DNA of 64,000 nucleotides from a virus (Duplodnaviria > Caudoviricetes): the IMG/VR virus record IMGVR_UViG_3300021255_000054; one strand, written 5' to 3'. Below, piece after piece: positions 18,528 to 31,324 of this stretch. The position numbers were made by a program, and so were the translations under genes. Positions within the stretch are counted from its first letter, which is position 1. Each line of letters starts with the position of its first letter. The notes below the pieces were generated by a model, which worked only from the letters and a program-made list of their open reading frames with translations, did not search any database and was not told the DNA's origin.

Positions 18528-19016
18528 ATGAAAATCACTCGAAAGTGTTTTGGATGTAAGGAAGACTTCCGTAAAGAAGAATTAGTAGAATATTCTTCAC
18601 CGTCAGGAAAAACTTCAAATTGGTATTGTCCAAAATGTTTAGCAGAAAAGCAGTCGCGCGAAAAGTTTATGAATAAGATATGTATGATATTTGGCATTAA
18701 AGCTCCCGGGCCACTTATCTGGACGCAGAGAAAGCGGTTAAAGGCTGAATATGGGTATACTGATGAATCTATTGTTGATTGTCTTGAATATCTATACAAA
18801 GTAGAACATTATAAAATTTTAAAAGATTCATTAGGATTGGTGGCACCCTGGTCAATGGAAAAAATGCGTGAATGGAAAAAGAATGAAGAAGCTCGCGCGA
18901 GTAGTATTGCCGCCGCGATTGCAAATACTCCAATGAAAGAATATGTTGTACCAATTAAAGAAAATGTATCTAAGAAAAAGGAAATAAATCTAGATGACGG
19001 TTTGTTTGATGATTAA
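18528..19016 (+). CDS. Zn-finger replication protein (possible helicase loader)
   Basis: CFGC..YCPKC; lies directly before the helicase, as in SPbeta-like modules. Confidence 0.55.
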   Translation: MKITRKCFGCKEDFRKEELVEYSSPSGKTSNWYCPKCLAEKQSREKFMNKICMIFGIKAPGPLIWTQRKRLKAEYGYTDESIVDCLEYLYKVEHYKILKDSLGLVAPWSMEKMREWKKNEEARASSIAAAIANTPMKEYVVPIKENVSKKKEINLDDGLFDD

Positions 19017-19028
19017 GGAGGATTGGAA

Positions 19029-20603
19029 ATGACTCTATCCGATATGTCTGCTTATAAGCAAATTATCGGTTGCTTAATATACAAACCTCTTTTATTTTTG
19101 GAATATCCTGAACTACAAGTTACAGATTTTGATTATAGACCTGCAAAGGTTATATTTAATACAATTTATAAATTATATCTTGCTGGCGCGAAAGAATTAT
19201 CTCCGGTTGAAATAGACCAAGAAATTGAACAAAATGGCGGTTTAGCCTTACAGGAGTATCGCAATGGTGGTTTGGATTTTCTTAAAACTTCATATGAGAT
19301 TGCTCAATTAAGCAACTTTGATATGTATTATAATAGAATAAAGAAATGTGCATTATTAAGAAAATTACAGCAAGCAAAATATGATATTAGTGAATTTTAT
19401 TTAGAAGATACCGATCCAGCAAATGAAGCAAAGTTAAAACAGAAATTAGAAAATGCAACATTAGAAGATATCTTAAATGCGGTTGAAAAGAATTATTCTG
19501 AGATTAGAAATGCTTTTCTTAATGGCGGCAGAACGAAAGGTGATCCAGCAGAAGGAATTTTTCAGTTAATTGATGACTTATAGAAGTCGCCAAGTATTGG
19601 GCCAAGCTTAGAAGGAAAAATATTTAGTACAGTATGCAGAGGGGCAAGAGATGGATGTTTCTTCTTAAAAAGTGCTAGTACTTCATGTGGTAAAACACGT
19701 ACCAGTGTATTTGATGCTTGCCATTTAGCTTATCCAATTAGATGGTCCGCGACGAAGCACGCATTTATTGAAGAACTTCAACCTGATGAAGAGCCACGTA
19801 TTCCGCGTAAAGTATTATTTATTGTAACTGAAATGGATAAAGAAGAACTTCAAACTATGATGCTTGCATATTTGTCTGGAGTAGACGAAGACCATATCTT
19901 AACTGGATTATATGAAAGGGATGAATTAAAAAGAGTAAAAACCGCCGCAAAAATTATTGAAAAATATAGTGGTTATTTTATTATTGAAGAGATTAGTGAG
20001 CCGAATTTACAGAATGTTGAAGCAACTATACGTAAGTATGCTACAGTAGATAATGTAAAATATATCTTTTTTGATTATATTCATACAACTGCGAGTCTAG
20101 TGGCACAATTCAGTAAGAACGGACTTAGAGAAGATGTTGTACTTATGCTTCTTGCGAATCAGTTAAAAGAGCTTGCAAAAACATATAATGTATTTATCTT
20201 CTCTGCCACACAAGTAAATTCATTTGCAATGGGTGATGAAGAAATGGGATTTAAAGATGAAAAAAGTATTCGTGGTTCAAAAGCTGTTGCAGATAAATGT
20301 GATATGGGTTATGTAATGACTCGCATATCTGAAAAAGGATGGAATAGTGTTTTACCAGTGTTAAAGATTGCAGCAAGAGAAGGAATTATTGACCCATCTT
20401 TCTTAGAAAATAAACCAACTCATATTTTAGATATTTATAAAATGCGGCGTGGCCGCTATAAAATGATTCGTATTTGGACTCGTATTCATTTAGGAACAGG
20501 AGAGCGAGAAGATTTATTTATTACAAGTGCAGATAATCAACCATTAAATGAGCCATTAGATTTATTTTCAAGTGCCTCAGAAAGAGTGATTGAAATAGAA
20601 TGA
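19029..20603 (+). CDS. dnaB: DnaB-like replicative helicase, one in-frame TAG (19581-19583)
   Basis: Track ORFs 19023 and 19833 share a frame. The linker after TAG carries Walker A SASTSCGKT, then IVTEM, FFDYIH, SATQVN, IRGSKAVADK. Confidence 0.88.
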
Positions 20604-21721
20604 TTGATACTTTACAAGGATTAGATCCAGAATTAGAATTTTATAATATATCATTACAAGATATTGTAAATTCAATAACACTTAAAGATGTAGAAACATT
20701 TTTACGAAGTCTTGGTGTAGAACAAATTGCTGTATATGAAGATAAAGGGTATTTGGTATGTCCAACAATTTGTCATAATCCATTAGATGAAGCCGAATCA
20801 ATGAAGTTATATTGGTATCAAAATAATAAGATATTTAGATGTTACACTGAATGTAATGAAGCAATGTCTATTTTTACTCTTTATCAAAGAGTAATGGATA
20901 TTAATTATCATGAAGTAAGCTTTGAAGAAGCAGTTGATTATGTTAAGAAATGTATCGCGCATTTAGAAATTAATACAGAAGAACGTAAGAAATCAGAACT
21001 TGACTTAGAGAAATATCAATTTGATTCTTCCGTACCGATTTTAACTGAATATAAAAGTAATATTTTATCATACTTTACAAAAAAGTATCATCCATTATGG
21101 TTAAAAGATGGTATTACACGAAAGTCAATGGATAAATTTCATATAGGCTTTTCACTTGCACAAAATAAAATATCAATACCACACTTTGATATAAATGGTA
21201 GGCTGGTAGGCATTCGCGGGCGAGCTATTAATGAAGATGAAGCCGCATTATTTGGAAAGTATAGACCAATACAAGTTGGCGATACTTTATATGCACATCC
21301 ACTACATTTTAACTTATATGGAATATATGAGCATCAGAATGGGATCCGCGCGCGAGGAAGCGCAATAATCGCTGAGGGTGAAAAATCAGTATTGCTTGAC
21401 GATGGGTATTATGGTGATTTAAGTAATACTGTAGCTTGCTGCGGTTCAAATATAAATAAGTATCAAATTAACTTATTAACAAATGTATTAGGAATTAATG
21501 AAATTACTATTGCATTTGATAAAGAATATACAGATTGGCGCACAGAGCAAGCGCGAAAATATAGAGAAAAAATTGAAAGTATTTGTAGAAAATATAGCAG
21601 TCAAGCTATTTTCTATTATATATGGGATATAAATAATTTATTAAATGAAAAAGATTCACCTTTTGATAAGGGAAAAGAAGTATTTGAAGAATTATATAAA
21701 CATAGAATTCGGGTGAGATAA
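20600..21721 (+). CDS. DNA primase
   Basis: CHN..CYTEC Zn finger, IPHFDINGRLVGIRGR, TOPRIM EGEKS..AFD. Confidence 0.85.
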   Translation: MIDTLQGLDPELEFYNISLQDIVNSITLKDVETFLRSLGVEQIAVYEDKGYLVCPTICHNPLDEAESMKLYWYQNNKIFRCYTECNEAMSIFTLYQRVMDINYHEVSFEEAVDYVKKCIAHLEINTEERKKSELDLEKYQFDSSVPILTEYKSNILSYFTKKYHPLWLKDGITRKSMDKFHIGFSLAQNKISIPHFDINGRLVGIRGRAINEDEAALFGKYRPIQVGDTLYAHPLHFNLYGIYEHQNGIRARGSAIIAEGEKSVLLDDGYYGDLSNTVACCGSNINKYQINLLTNVLGINEITIAFDKEYTDWRTEQARKYREKIESICRKYSSQAIFYYIWDINNLLNEKDSPFDKGKEVFEELYKHRIRVR

Positions 21722-21909
21722 TGGAATTTGATTTAAAATTAGAAGAAAATAAAACATGCTGGTTATATAAATATAATTGTCCATGCAGAACTGGAGGATG
21801 TTATGGCTTACCAGATGATGGATGTCCAGTATATAGATGGTTTAAAGAAGTAATTAATTATCAAGAACGGGGAGCAATGGTGTGTAATGAAGTATCGATT
21901 AAGGTGTAA
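21721..21909 (+). CDS. small Cys-rich protein
   Basis: 62-aa ORF coupled to primase. Confidence 0.5.
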   Translation: MEFDLKLEENKTCWLYKYNCPCRTGGCYGLPDDGCPVYRWFKEVINYQERGAMVCNEVSIKV

Positions 21910-23659
21910 TTATACGACAGACGCAGAAGAAGCATTAATAGATATTCTAAAAGATCGTGGAGTTAAAAATGTTCATGAGTTTATGAATCCATCAAAGTCA
22001 TGTGAATTAAATCCATATGACTTAGATAATATTGATAAAGCCGCGGAACAATACCTATATCATCTGCGCAAAGATAGTAATATTTTATTTATTGTAGATT
22101 GCGATTGTGATGGATTTACAAGTTCTAGTATTCTATGGCTATATACAAAGCATATATTTCCAGAAGCTAAGCTTGAATTTACTGTCCATACTCATAAACA
22201 GCACGGCTTAGATGATAAGATAGATTGGATTGAAGATGAATCTAAATGGGATTTAGTTATGGTACCTGATGCCGGAAGTTATGATGTAAATGAACATTTT
22301 AAACTTGGACAGCTAGGTATGGATTGTATTGTACTAGATCATCATATGTAGGAATATGATAAAAATGGAAATCCAATTACTTCAACAGCACCTAATACAA
22401 TCGTTGTAAATAATCAGTTATCACCTAATTATGATAATAAATCATTATGTGGCGCCGGTATTGTTTATAAATTTTGTGAAGTATTAGATGATAAATTAGG
22501 TATTAGTCAAGCACATAATTATATTGACTTAGCTGCTTTAGGTGAAATCGCTGATGTTATGGATAGAACTGATTCTGAAACTAATTATATTATGATGGAA
22601 GGACTAAAAAATATCCATAATGAGGGCTTTAAGACTTTGCTCGCAGCGCAAGCTTTTTCCTTAAAAGAAAAGTGCGTACCTCCATATACAGGGCTAACTC
22701 CTATTGATATCGCATTCTATATCGCGCCTTTAATTAATGCAATTACACGTGTAGGGTCTATAGCAGAAAAAGAAGCAATGTTTTATTGTTTTATTGAACC
22801 TATGAAGCCTCTACAAAGCACCAAGCGTGGCGCAAAAGCCGGAGAAACTGAGTATGCCGCCGAACAAACTGCGCGCGTAGGAAAGAATGCTAAGTCCCGT
22901 CAAGATAGATTAAAGGAACAAGCTTTAGGAATTATTGATTTCAAAATTCAAAAAGATGGTTTAGCGGATAATAACATTATTCTAGTTGAATTAGATGCTA
23001 TGGATAATGTACCACAAGAATTAACTGGTTTAGTTGCGATGAATATTGTATCTAAATATCATAAGCCAGTTATGATTGGTCGCCGAAATGATAATGATGA
23101 GATTCAGGGAAGCATTCGTTCTGATGGGAATTTCGCCGGGCTACCAAGCTTTAAGAAATTTTTAGAGGACAGCGGTTTAACTACTTATACTGCTGGGCAC
23201 GATAATGCCGCTGGTTGGGGATTAAGTGGTAATAAAGTAGAATCTTTAATTAAGTACGCTAATACTCATCTTAAAGCAGAAGATTTTGAAAATTGTTATC
23301 TTGTAGATTATATCTTAAAAGGTGAAGGACATAATGATGCCCTATTGCGCGAACTAGCTTCGCATCCAGAATATTTCGGGAATCATATTGACGAAATTAA
23401 ATTAGTAATTGAAGATATTCCACTAATGAATATTATGCCTATGGGCGCAAATAAAGATAGTATGAAAATTTCATATAATGGAATTGATTATGTGCGCTTT
23501 AAAGATGAAGATTTCGTAGAAGAAGTAATGCAGAATCGTACTAAAAAACTTACTGTTTATGGGCGTGTAAATTTAAATACATTTAATGGTAAAACTAGTA
23601 TTCAAGTATTTATTGATGATTATGAATTAAAAGCAGATGAGCATAAATATGACTTTTAA
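21887..23659 (+). CDS. recJ: RecJ-like DHH ssDNA exonuclease, one in-frame TAG (22349-22351)
   Basis: DCDCDG, HG, DHH then M(TAG)EY..NNQLS..LCGAG..LGEIADVMD; DHHA1 GSIRS, AGHDNAAG. Confidence 0.88.
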
Positions 23660-23669
23660 AAAAAATTGA

Positions 23670-23698
23670 TTGACAAAAAATGAAATTTGTAGTATAAT
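23670..23698 (+). promoter_or_regulatory. sigmaA-type promoter for dnaE
   Basis: TTGACA-N17-TATAAT. Confidence 0.8.
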
Positions 23699-23726
23699 TG
23701 ATATAGATAAAGAAGGAGCAGTGAAT

Positions 23727-23777
23727 ATGATAAAAAATGTGCGTAATGAAGCGCGAAAGGAGGTGGTGCCTGTATGA
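23727..23777 (+). CDS. putative 16-aa leader ORF coupled to dnaE start
   Basis: AAGGAG SD; MIKNVRNEARKEVVPV with TGA overlapping dnaE ATG (ATGA). Confidence 0.35.
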   Translation: MIKNVRNEARKEVVPV

Positions 23778-26700
23778 AGATGACTTACCCTGGAAGTCTT
23801 CATAATTAGGAGCCATACACATTATAGTAATGAAACCCTTCGTGACTGTATCAATCGAGTAGAAGATTTGATTGATCTGGCAATTAACTTAGGTCATGAA
23901 TGTGTTGCAATCACTGACCATGAAACGATATCAAGTTATATTAAGGCAGAAAAGTATTATAAGAAGATTAAAGAAACGCATCCAGACTTTAAATTAATTC
24001 GTGGTAATGAGATTTATCTTACTCGTAATGGTTTAACGGCGAAGAATTTTGATAGGACAAAAGATAGGTATTTTCACTTTATTCTTCTTGCAAAAGACAA
24101 GATTGGATATAAGCAAATTTGTCAATTATCAACAAGAGCATGGCACCGTTCATATATGAGTCGGCGCCAGCGTAGACGTCCAACTTATTATCAAGATTTA
24201 AAAGATATTGTAAAGCCAGATAAAGGGCACTTGATTGCGTCAAGTGCCTGTTTGGGTTCTCAGTTGGATAGATTCTTACTTCAATATATGGATACTGGTG
24301 ATGAAGAATTTTATGAAACGGCAAAACGTTGGTGTTTATATATTGAAGATATTTTTGGTAAAGGAAATTTCTATTTGGAGATGCAACCTTCAAATGGAAA
24401 AGAACAAATCTTTGTTAATAAACAATTATTAAGAATTAGTAAAGAACTTGGTATTAAATATATTATAACAACCGATAGTCATTATGGGCGGCCGGAAGAA
24501 GCTAAAATTCATGAAGCATTTCTTAATTCACAAGATGGTGATAGAGAAGTTAAATCATTCTATGCGACAACGTATATGATGAGTGATGAAGAGATTCATA
24601 GTTTCTTTCCATATCTATCTGAAGAAGAAATTGAAGCTGCATATAGCGCGATTAGAGAGATTAAAGATAAGTGTGAAGATTTTAGTGTATTGAAACCATT
24701 GAAGATTCCAAGTTTACCTTGGCGTGATTTTCCAATTTGTCAGCTCGATGAATTTAAATATTATTATAAACAAATGCCAGCTATCAAAGAATTTGCACAT
24801 TCATCATATTATGCTGATAATCAATTAGTATGGGCACTACTTGATGGCATTAAGCGGCATCCAGATCTTCAAAATGAAAAAGCGTATAAAGCATTAAATG
24901 AATGTCTTGAAATGACTTGGGAATCTTCACAGGTTAATAAAGCGCAGTGGTCAGCATACTTCTTAAATCTACAAAAGATTATAGATGAATGTTGGAATGC
25001 GGGAACAATTGTTTTACCAGCGCGCGGATCAGGTATGGGATTCGTGCTTCTATATGCGCTTGATATTATTCAAATTAATTGTCTACGTGAAAAGACGAAG
25101 ACGTATCCTTGGAGGTTTCTTAATCCTGCTCGTGTATCAGTACTTGATATTGATGTAGATATTGAAGGCGTCCGTAGAGCACAAGTATTAGAGCATTTAA
25201 GAAGAACTTATGGTGAAAATCGAGTATCTAATGTTGCAACATTCAAAACAGAAAAGTCAAAGTCGGCAATTCAAACTGCATGTAGAGGATTGGGTATAGA
25301 TGTAGATGAAGCATCTTATATTTCAAATTTAATTCAAGCAGAACGTGGCCAAGTATATACATTAAAGCAAACTTATTATGGCGATGAAGATAATGGTATC
25401 GCACCGAATCAAGCATTTATTACAGAAGTAAATAAGTATCCAGGCTTATGGGAAGTCGCTCAGAGAATTGAAGGACTTATCTGTGGGCAAGGTATTCACG
25501 CTGGCGGCGTAGTATTTACAGATGAAGATTTTACGGAATCAAGTGCTTTAATGCGTGCGCCCGATGGCACGATTATTACACAATTTGAATTACATGACCT
25601 TGAAGATGTTTCAATGATTAAGATGGACTTATTGAGCGTTGAAGCTGCGGATAAGATTCATACTTGCCTTGATTTACTAGTTGAACAAGGCTATATTAAA
25701 GAGGGAAAAAATCTTAGAGAAACATATGAAGATGCACTTGGTGTATATAAAATAAATCGTGATGATAAGAAAATGTGGGATATGGTACAAAATCATGAAA
25801 TTGTGTCATTATTCTAGATGGAACAACAGAGCGGTATTCGTGGTATCTCATTAACACATCCACGAAGTGTCGATGAATTAGCAGTTCTTAATTCGGTTAT
25901 TCGTCTAATGGCAACTGAAAAAGGTGCGGAAAGTCCATTGGATAAGTATGCGCGCTTTAGGGAACGGCCGCAGGATTGGGATAGAGAAATGATTCAGATG
26001 GGTTTGACTGATGAAGAACGTCAGATTATGCATCGTGAATTAGATATTTCTGATGGTATGTCCATTACGCAAGAGCAATTTATGCAACTTGTACAATTAC
26101 CAGAATGCGGCGGCTGGGATCTACAGTTTGCAGATAAGTTAAGAAAGTCAATAGCAAAGAAGAATCCTAAAGAGTATGATGCCTTAACAAAACAATTCTT
26201 TGATAATGTAAAAGAAAAAGGATTAAGTGAAAAGTTCTGTAATTATGTATGGAATATTGAGATTGCGTTAAGCCGTGGATATGGATTTAACGCAGCACAT
26301 ACGTATTCATATTCCATTGTAGCATTACAAGAAATGAACCTTGCACGATTCTTCCCAATTATCTTCTGGAATACAGCAAACCTTATTGTAGATAGTGGCG
26401 GTATTCAAACAGTTGAATACGACGAAGATGGAATAGCTTCGATAGTAGTTGAAGCCGAACCTGATGAGGATGCAGAAGAAGAAGAGGAAGAACAAGAAGA
26501 ATGGGAAGAAGAAAATGAAATAACTGAAGACGAGAAGGAAGAGAAGAAAAAAGAAAAAACCAAAAATATTGATTATGGTAAGATTGCATCTGCGATTGGA
26601 AGATTCAGTACTTATGGAATTACAGTATCGCCGCCGAATGTAAATGATTCATCTTATACTTTTACTCCGGTAGTAGATAAGAATGAAATTTTATATGGAT

Positions 26701-27755
26701 TACGTGGTATTACAAGATTATCTACTTCAATTATTAAAGACATTATTGAGAAGCGTCCATTCACTTCTATTGATGACTTTTTAAATCGTGTTAAATTAAA
26801 TAAGGTTCAAATGACAAATCTAATTAAGTGTGGCGCCTTTGATGAATTAGTAGGTTTGCCGCGCGAAAAAATAATGTCAGATTATATTGGACGTATCGCA
26901 GATAAGAAGCAGAGATTAACATTACAGAATATGCAAATGCTTATCAATTATGATTTAATTCCAGATGAAATGACATATTATGGTAAGTTATTTATGTTTA
27001 ATAAGTTCTTAAAGACTTGTAAACAAGATGATGATTATATGTTAAATGATGCAGCAATTAACTTTATTGCTGAACATTTTAGTGCAGATTATATTAGTAA
27101 TGGTATGTCTATTAAACAAAATGTTTGGGATAATCTATATAAAAAAGGTATGGAACCAATGCGAGTATATTTAAAAGCGCATCAAGTAGAAATGTTAAAA
27201 GTATTAAATGATACTTTATATAATGAGATGGCAAATAAATATGCGTCTGGCAGTGTATCGCACTGGGAAATGGAATCAGTATCATTTTATAGTCATCCGC
27301 ATGAACTTGCCGAAGCTCAATATTTATATGATGATTTCTTTACATTACCAGAAGCGCCAGAAATTGATTATACTTTTACTGGTAGAGATGGTAATGAGAT
27401 AAGAGTATATAAGTTAAGAAAAATTATTGGAACTGTAATTGATAAAAATAAGATGAAAAATACAGTAACATTATTAACTCCGACAGGGGTAGTAAATGTT
27501 AAAGTATATAAAAATCAATTTGCAATGTTCGATAAACGATTATCTCAAAAAGGTGCAGATGGCCGCAAGCATGTGTTAGAAAATAGTTGGTTTTCACGTG
27601 GAACATTGTTAATGATTCAGGGAATTAGGCGTGAAAATGACTTCATTCCCAAGAAGCGGAAAGATAGTTTTTATCCTGTAATTTCTAAGATTACGGCAAT
27701 GCATGAAGATGGTACATTAGAATTTCAGACAGAAAGATTGGAGGTGGTAGAATGA
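23774..27755 (+). CDS. dnaE: DNA polymerase III alpha (DnaE-type); frame break at 23807-23813 and in-frame TAG at 25815-25817
   Basis: PHP LHN/HTHYS, AITDH, GNEIY, TTDSHY; ARGSG, LDIDVD, GIHAGGV, KMDLL, SLF(TAG)MEQ, GYGFNAAH; OB C-terminus. Confidence 0.9.
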
Positions 27756-28846
27756 TAGGTTTAGTTGACCTTCAGCTATAGCAATGGAATAAGTAGTTGC
27801 TATGTCCTCCTAATCTTGAAATAATGAAAATTGCTAATTATTATCGTACAGAAGAGAATAAGTTTTGCCGCCTTATAAACTTAGATGAAACTGAACTTGA
27901 ATCATATGATAAGATTTATATATTCAGTGAATCTACAGCATATACTGAAGTACCTGAACATTTTAAGCGTGCTTCGAATGTCTTATATGGCGGTACTGCT
28001 TTTACTAATGATGTGTATGTACCTTTTGAAAATTCAATTATAGATTATACATTGCCGCATACTTTTATTTATAAAGAGTTTTTAAAAGAAAAGAATTTTG
28101 CAGGATTACCTATTAATGAGACATTAAATTTATTAGATAGTACATATTATAGATATCATGCGGGAGATAATATTCTCCCACTTCCGGTAATTCATAAAAG
28201 AAAGAAAGTGTATATCTATGATAATGACTTATTTCAACAAGATTGGCATCCTATTATTGATAAGATTCTTGCGCGCCAACCTTCATCAATTAATTTAATA
28301 CATCCTGCACGATATAACAAGATATCGGATTTTTTAGAAATACGAGAAAATAAAATAATTAGTCGTACTACTGATACTTACTTAGATTTGAATATTCCAC
28401 TTAATGAAACTTCAGTTTTAATGAAACATTATAAGACCAGATTATTGGCTACAATAACTAAAACTTCATAGGTATTTTTAACATTAGGTGGATCATTTTA
28501 TTATAGTACGGAATATTTTAAAGATTTAATTTATAAGTTAAAATTATTATATGCATTTTGGAGTAATAATATTCCAATTAAAATTAAGTATGAAATACCA
28601 AAAATTGGATGTTATAACCCATACAAAGATATATCTCAATTAATTGCTTCTTGGACGCAAGGAGAAACTAAAAATACAAAAACAATTTTGGAGCGCATTC
28701 CAAAAGATAAAAGTTTATCTAATCGGCGTCCTGAGCGCGAATAGGTAGAAGCAATTATTAAAAGACTTCCATCCGCAGAAACATTATTCCGTTAGACAGC
28801 AGAAACGGTTAAAAAAGGAGGAAACTGGTGTTATGGAAATAGATAA
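27752..28846 (+). CDS. hypothetical protein, 364 aa, 5 in-frame TAG; N-terminus resembles phage radical-SAM-associated proteins
   Basis: MIGLVD..PPNLEIMKIANYY..YDKIYIF..GGT; ATGA overlap with dnaE; ends TAA 28846. Confidence 0.6.
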
Positions 28847-29039
28847 TATTAAAACAAAATATAGTGAGTTAAGCTCACAATTAAAACAAGCTTTAGCCAC
28901 TATGCAACGTAGTGATAGAGTATTTGTTATTAGAGATGAAATTAAGAGCTTACAAAATATGTGTCCGCATAGCAATGGTAATTATGATTTTTCTGATGCA
29001 GATTCTTGTCCATATTGCGGAAAAAAATTTAGGAAGTGA
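28833..29039 (+). CDS. small Zn-binding protein
   Basis: CPH ... CPYCGK. Confidence 0.6.
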   Translation: MEIDNIKTKYSELSSQLKQALATMQRSDRVFVIRDEIKSLQNMCPHSNGNYDFSDADSCPYCGKKFRK

Positions 29040-29044
29040 CATTA

Positions 29045-31324
29045 ATGGAATTGCTAATTAGAAAACGTACTGGCGAATTAGTACCATTTGATAAAGAAAA
29101 AATTCAAACAGCTATATGTAAAGCTTGGCATGATGTTTATCCTACTGAAACAGGAATGCCATCTTATTGTATAGAAATTGCTAATCTGATTGAATCAGTC
29201 GCAATTGAATTATCTGAACCTATGGATGTTGAAGATATTCAAGAGTTAGTTGAGGATTATTTAACAGATTATGATTTAAAGGTCGGAAAAGCATATATCA
29301 AGTATCGTTATAAGCACGGCGTGATGCGCGCAAATTCAACTGAATTTATTCGTGCTATTAGCGAAAAGCTTCGTGCTTCTAATGTACAAAATCAAAATGC
29401 AAATATAGATGAACATTCATTTGGCGGCAGAGTAGGAGAAGCTTCAGATGAAATGATGAAGCAATATGCATTAGATTATTGTATGTCTGATATGTCTAAG
29501 CAGAATCATTTAAATAATGAAATCTATATTCACGATTTAAGTGCATATGCAGTAGGAATGCATAATTGTTTAAGTATTCCATTTGATGATTTATTAGCTA
29601 AAGGATTTAATACAAGACAAACAGATGTACGTCCTGCTAATTCAATTAATACCGCGTTCCAGCTTGTAGCAGTTATATTTTAGCTTCAATCTTTAATGCA
29701 GTTTGGCGGCGTTAGTGCCACTCACTTAGATTGGACTATGGTGCCTTATGTGAGGAAGAGTTTTTACAAACATTATAAAGATGGATTGAAATACTTAGAA
29801 AATATCAATGAATTAAAAATAGTTGATGAAAATAACAATATAATTGATCTTAATACTATTGATTGGAACAGTAATATTATTGGCATAGAACATGCTAGAT
29901 TTGGCTCAGAAAAGGCATACAATTATGCAATGGAAATGACGGAACGCGAACTTCAGCAAGCGGTCGAGGGAATGTACCACAACCTTAATACACTTCAATC
30001 AAGAAGCGGGAATCAACTACCTTTCACGTCCATTAACTATGGCACCTGTACATTACCGGAAGGTCGTATGGTAATTAAAGCATTGTTAGAAGGTTCTATA
30101 AAGGGCGTAGGGAAGTATCATAAAACTCCTATATTCCCATGTGGTATTTTCCAACTTGGAAAGGGTATTAACCGCGCGCCCGGAGATCCAAACTATGACT
30201 TATATCAGCTTGCACTTGAATCTACTGCTAAACGTATTTATCCCAATTATGCTAATATTGATTGGTCTGGAAATGCAGGATACGATCCAAACGATCCAAC
30301 AACATATTTCAGCACAATGGGATGCCGTACAGCTAACGGCGCAGACATAAATGCAGAACCCGGTGTCAATCCACAACGTAAAGATGGCCGTGGCAATATT
30401 TGTCCAGTTACTATTATTATGCCAACGCTTGCAGCAGAAGTTAAAGAAGCCTATATTAATAAATATGGACTTGAAACCGCGCAAGAAGATGAAGCACATG
30501 TTGTAGATGCTTTTATTGGTTTATTAGATCAAAAAATTCATGAAGCAAAAGATATGCTAATTGAACGTTTCAATTGGATTTGCTCTCAATCTCCCGCATC
30601 CGCGAAGTTTATGTATGAAAATAATACAATGCTCGGCTATCATCCAGAAGAAGGAATCCGCTCAGCATTGAAGCACGGCACTATTGTTATTGGACAACTA
30701 GGACTTGCAGAAACACTTCAAATCTTAATTGGCTGTGACCATACAACTGAAAAGGGAATGGAGCTAGCTAAGAGAATTGAGCAGCTATTTAAAGATAGAT
30801 GTGCAGAGTTTAAAAAAGAATATAAGCTTAATTTCGGCGTCTATTATACTCCTGCTGAAAACCTTTGCTATACAGCAATGAAGAAGTTTAAAGCTAAGTA
30901 CGGTGAGATTGAAAATGTATCTGACCATGAATATTTTACAAATAGTATTCATGTACCAGTATGGCATGACATTTCAGTATTTGATAAAATTGATATTGAA
31001 AGTCAGTTAACTGGATATTCTAGCGCCGGATGTATTACATATGTAGAAGTTCCTTCTGGTGTAAAGAATAATATTCCCGCACTTGAAACCATTGTTAATT
31101 ATGCGATGGATCATGACATACCGTATTTCGCTTTGAACATACCGCTAGATATGTGTAATGATTGCGGCTATCAAGATGAAATTGGTGAAACCTGTCCTGA
31201 ATGTGGTAGTAAAAACATTTCAAGACTTAGACGCGTAACTGGATACCTTACTGGTTCCTATAAAGATGCTTTCAACTGGGGCAAGCAGAAAGAAGTTGAA
31301 GCAAGGGTTAAGCATATACACTAA
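29045..31324 (+). CDS. nrdD: anaerobic (class III) ribonucleoside-triphosphate reductase, one in-frame TAG (29681-29683)
   Basis: ATP cone, IYIHDL, MHNC, AVIF(TAG)LQSLMQFGG, MGCR, TPAE, CxxC..CxxC, RRVTGYL glycyl loop. Confidence 0.93.

Noticed and set aside
25815-25820. Naturally split DnaE or split intein at TAG-ATG
   Set aside because: There are no intein motifs, and the junction reads SLF-Q-MEQ, the conserved FQxE motif.
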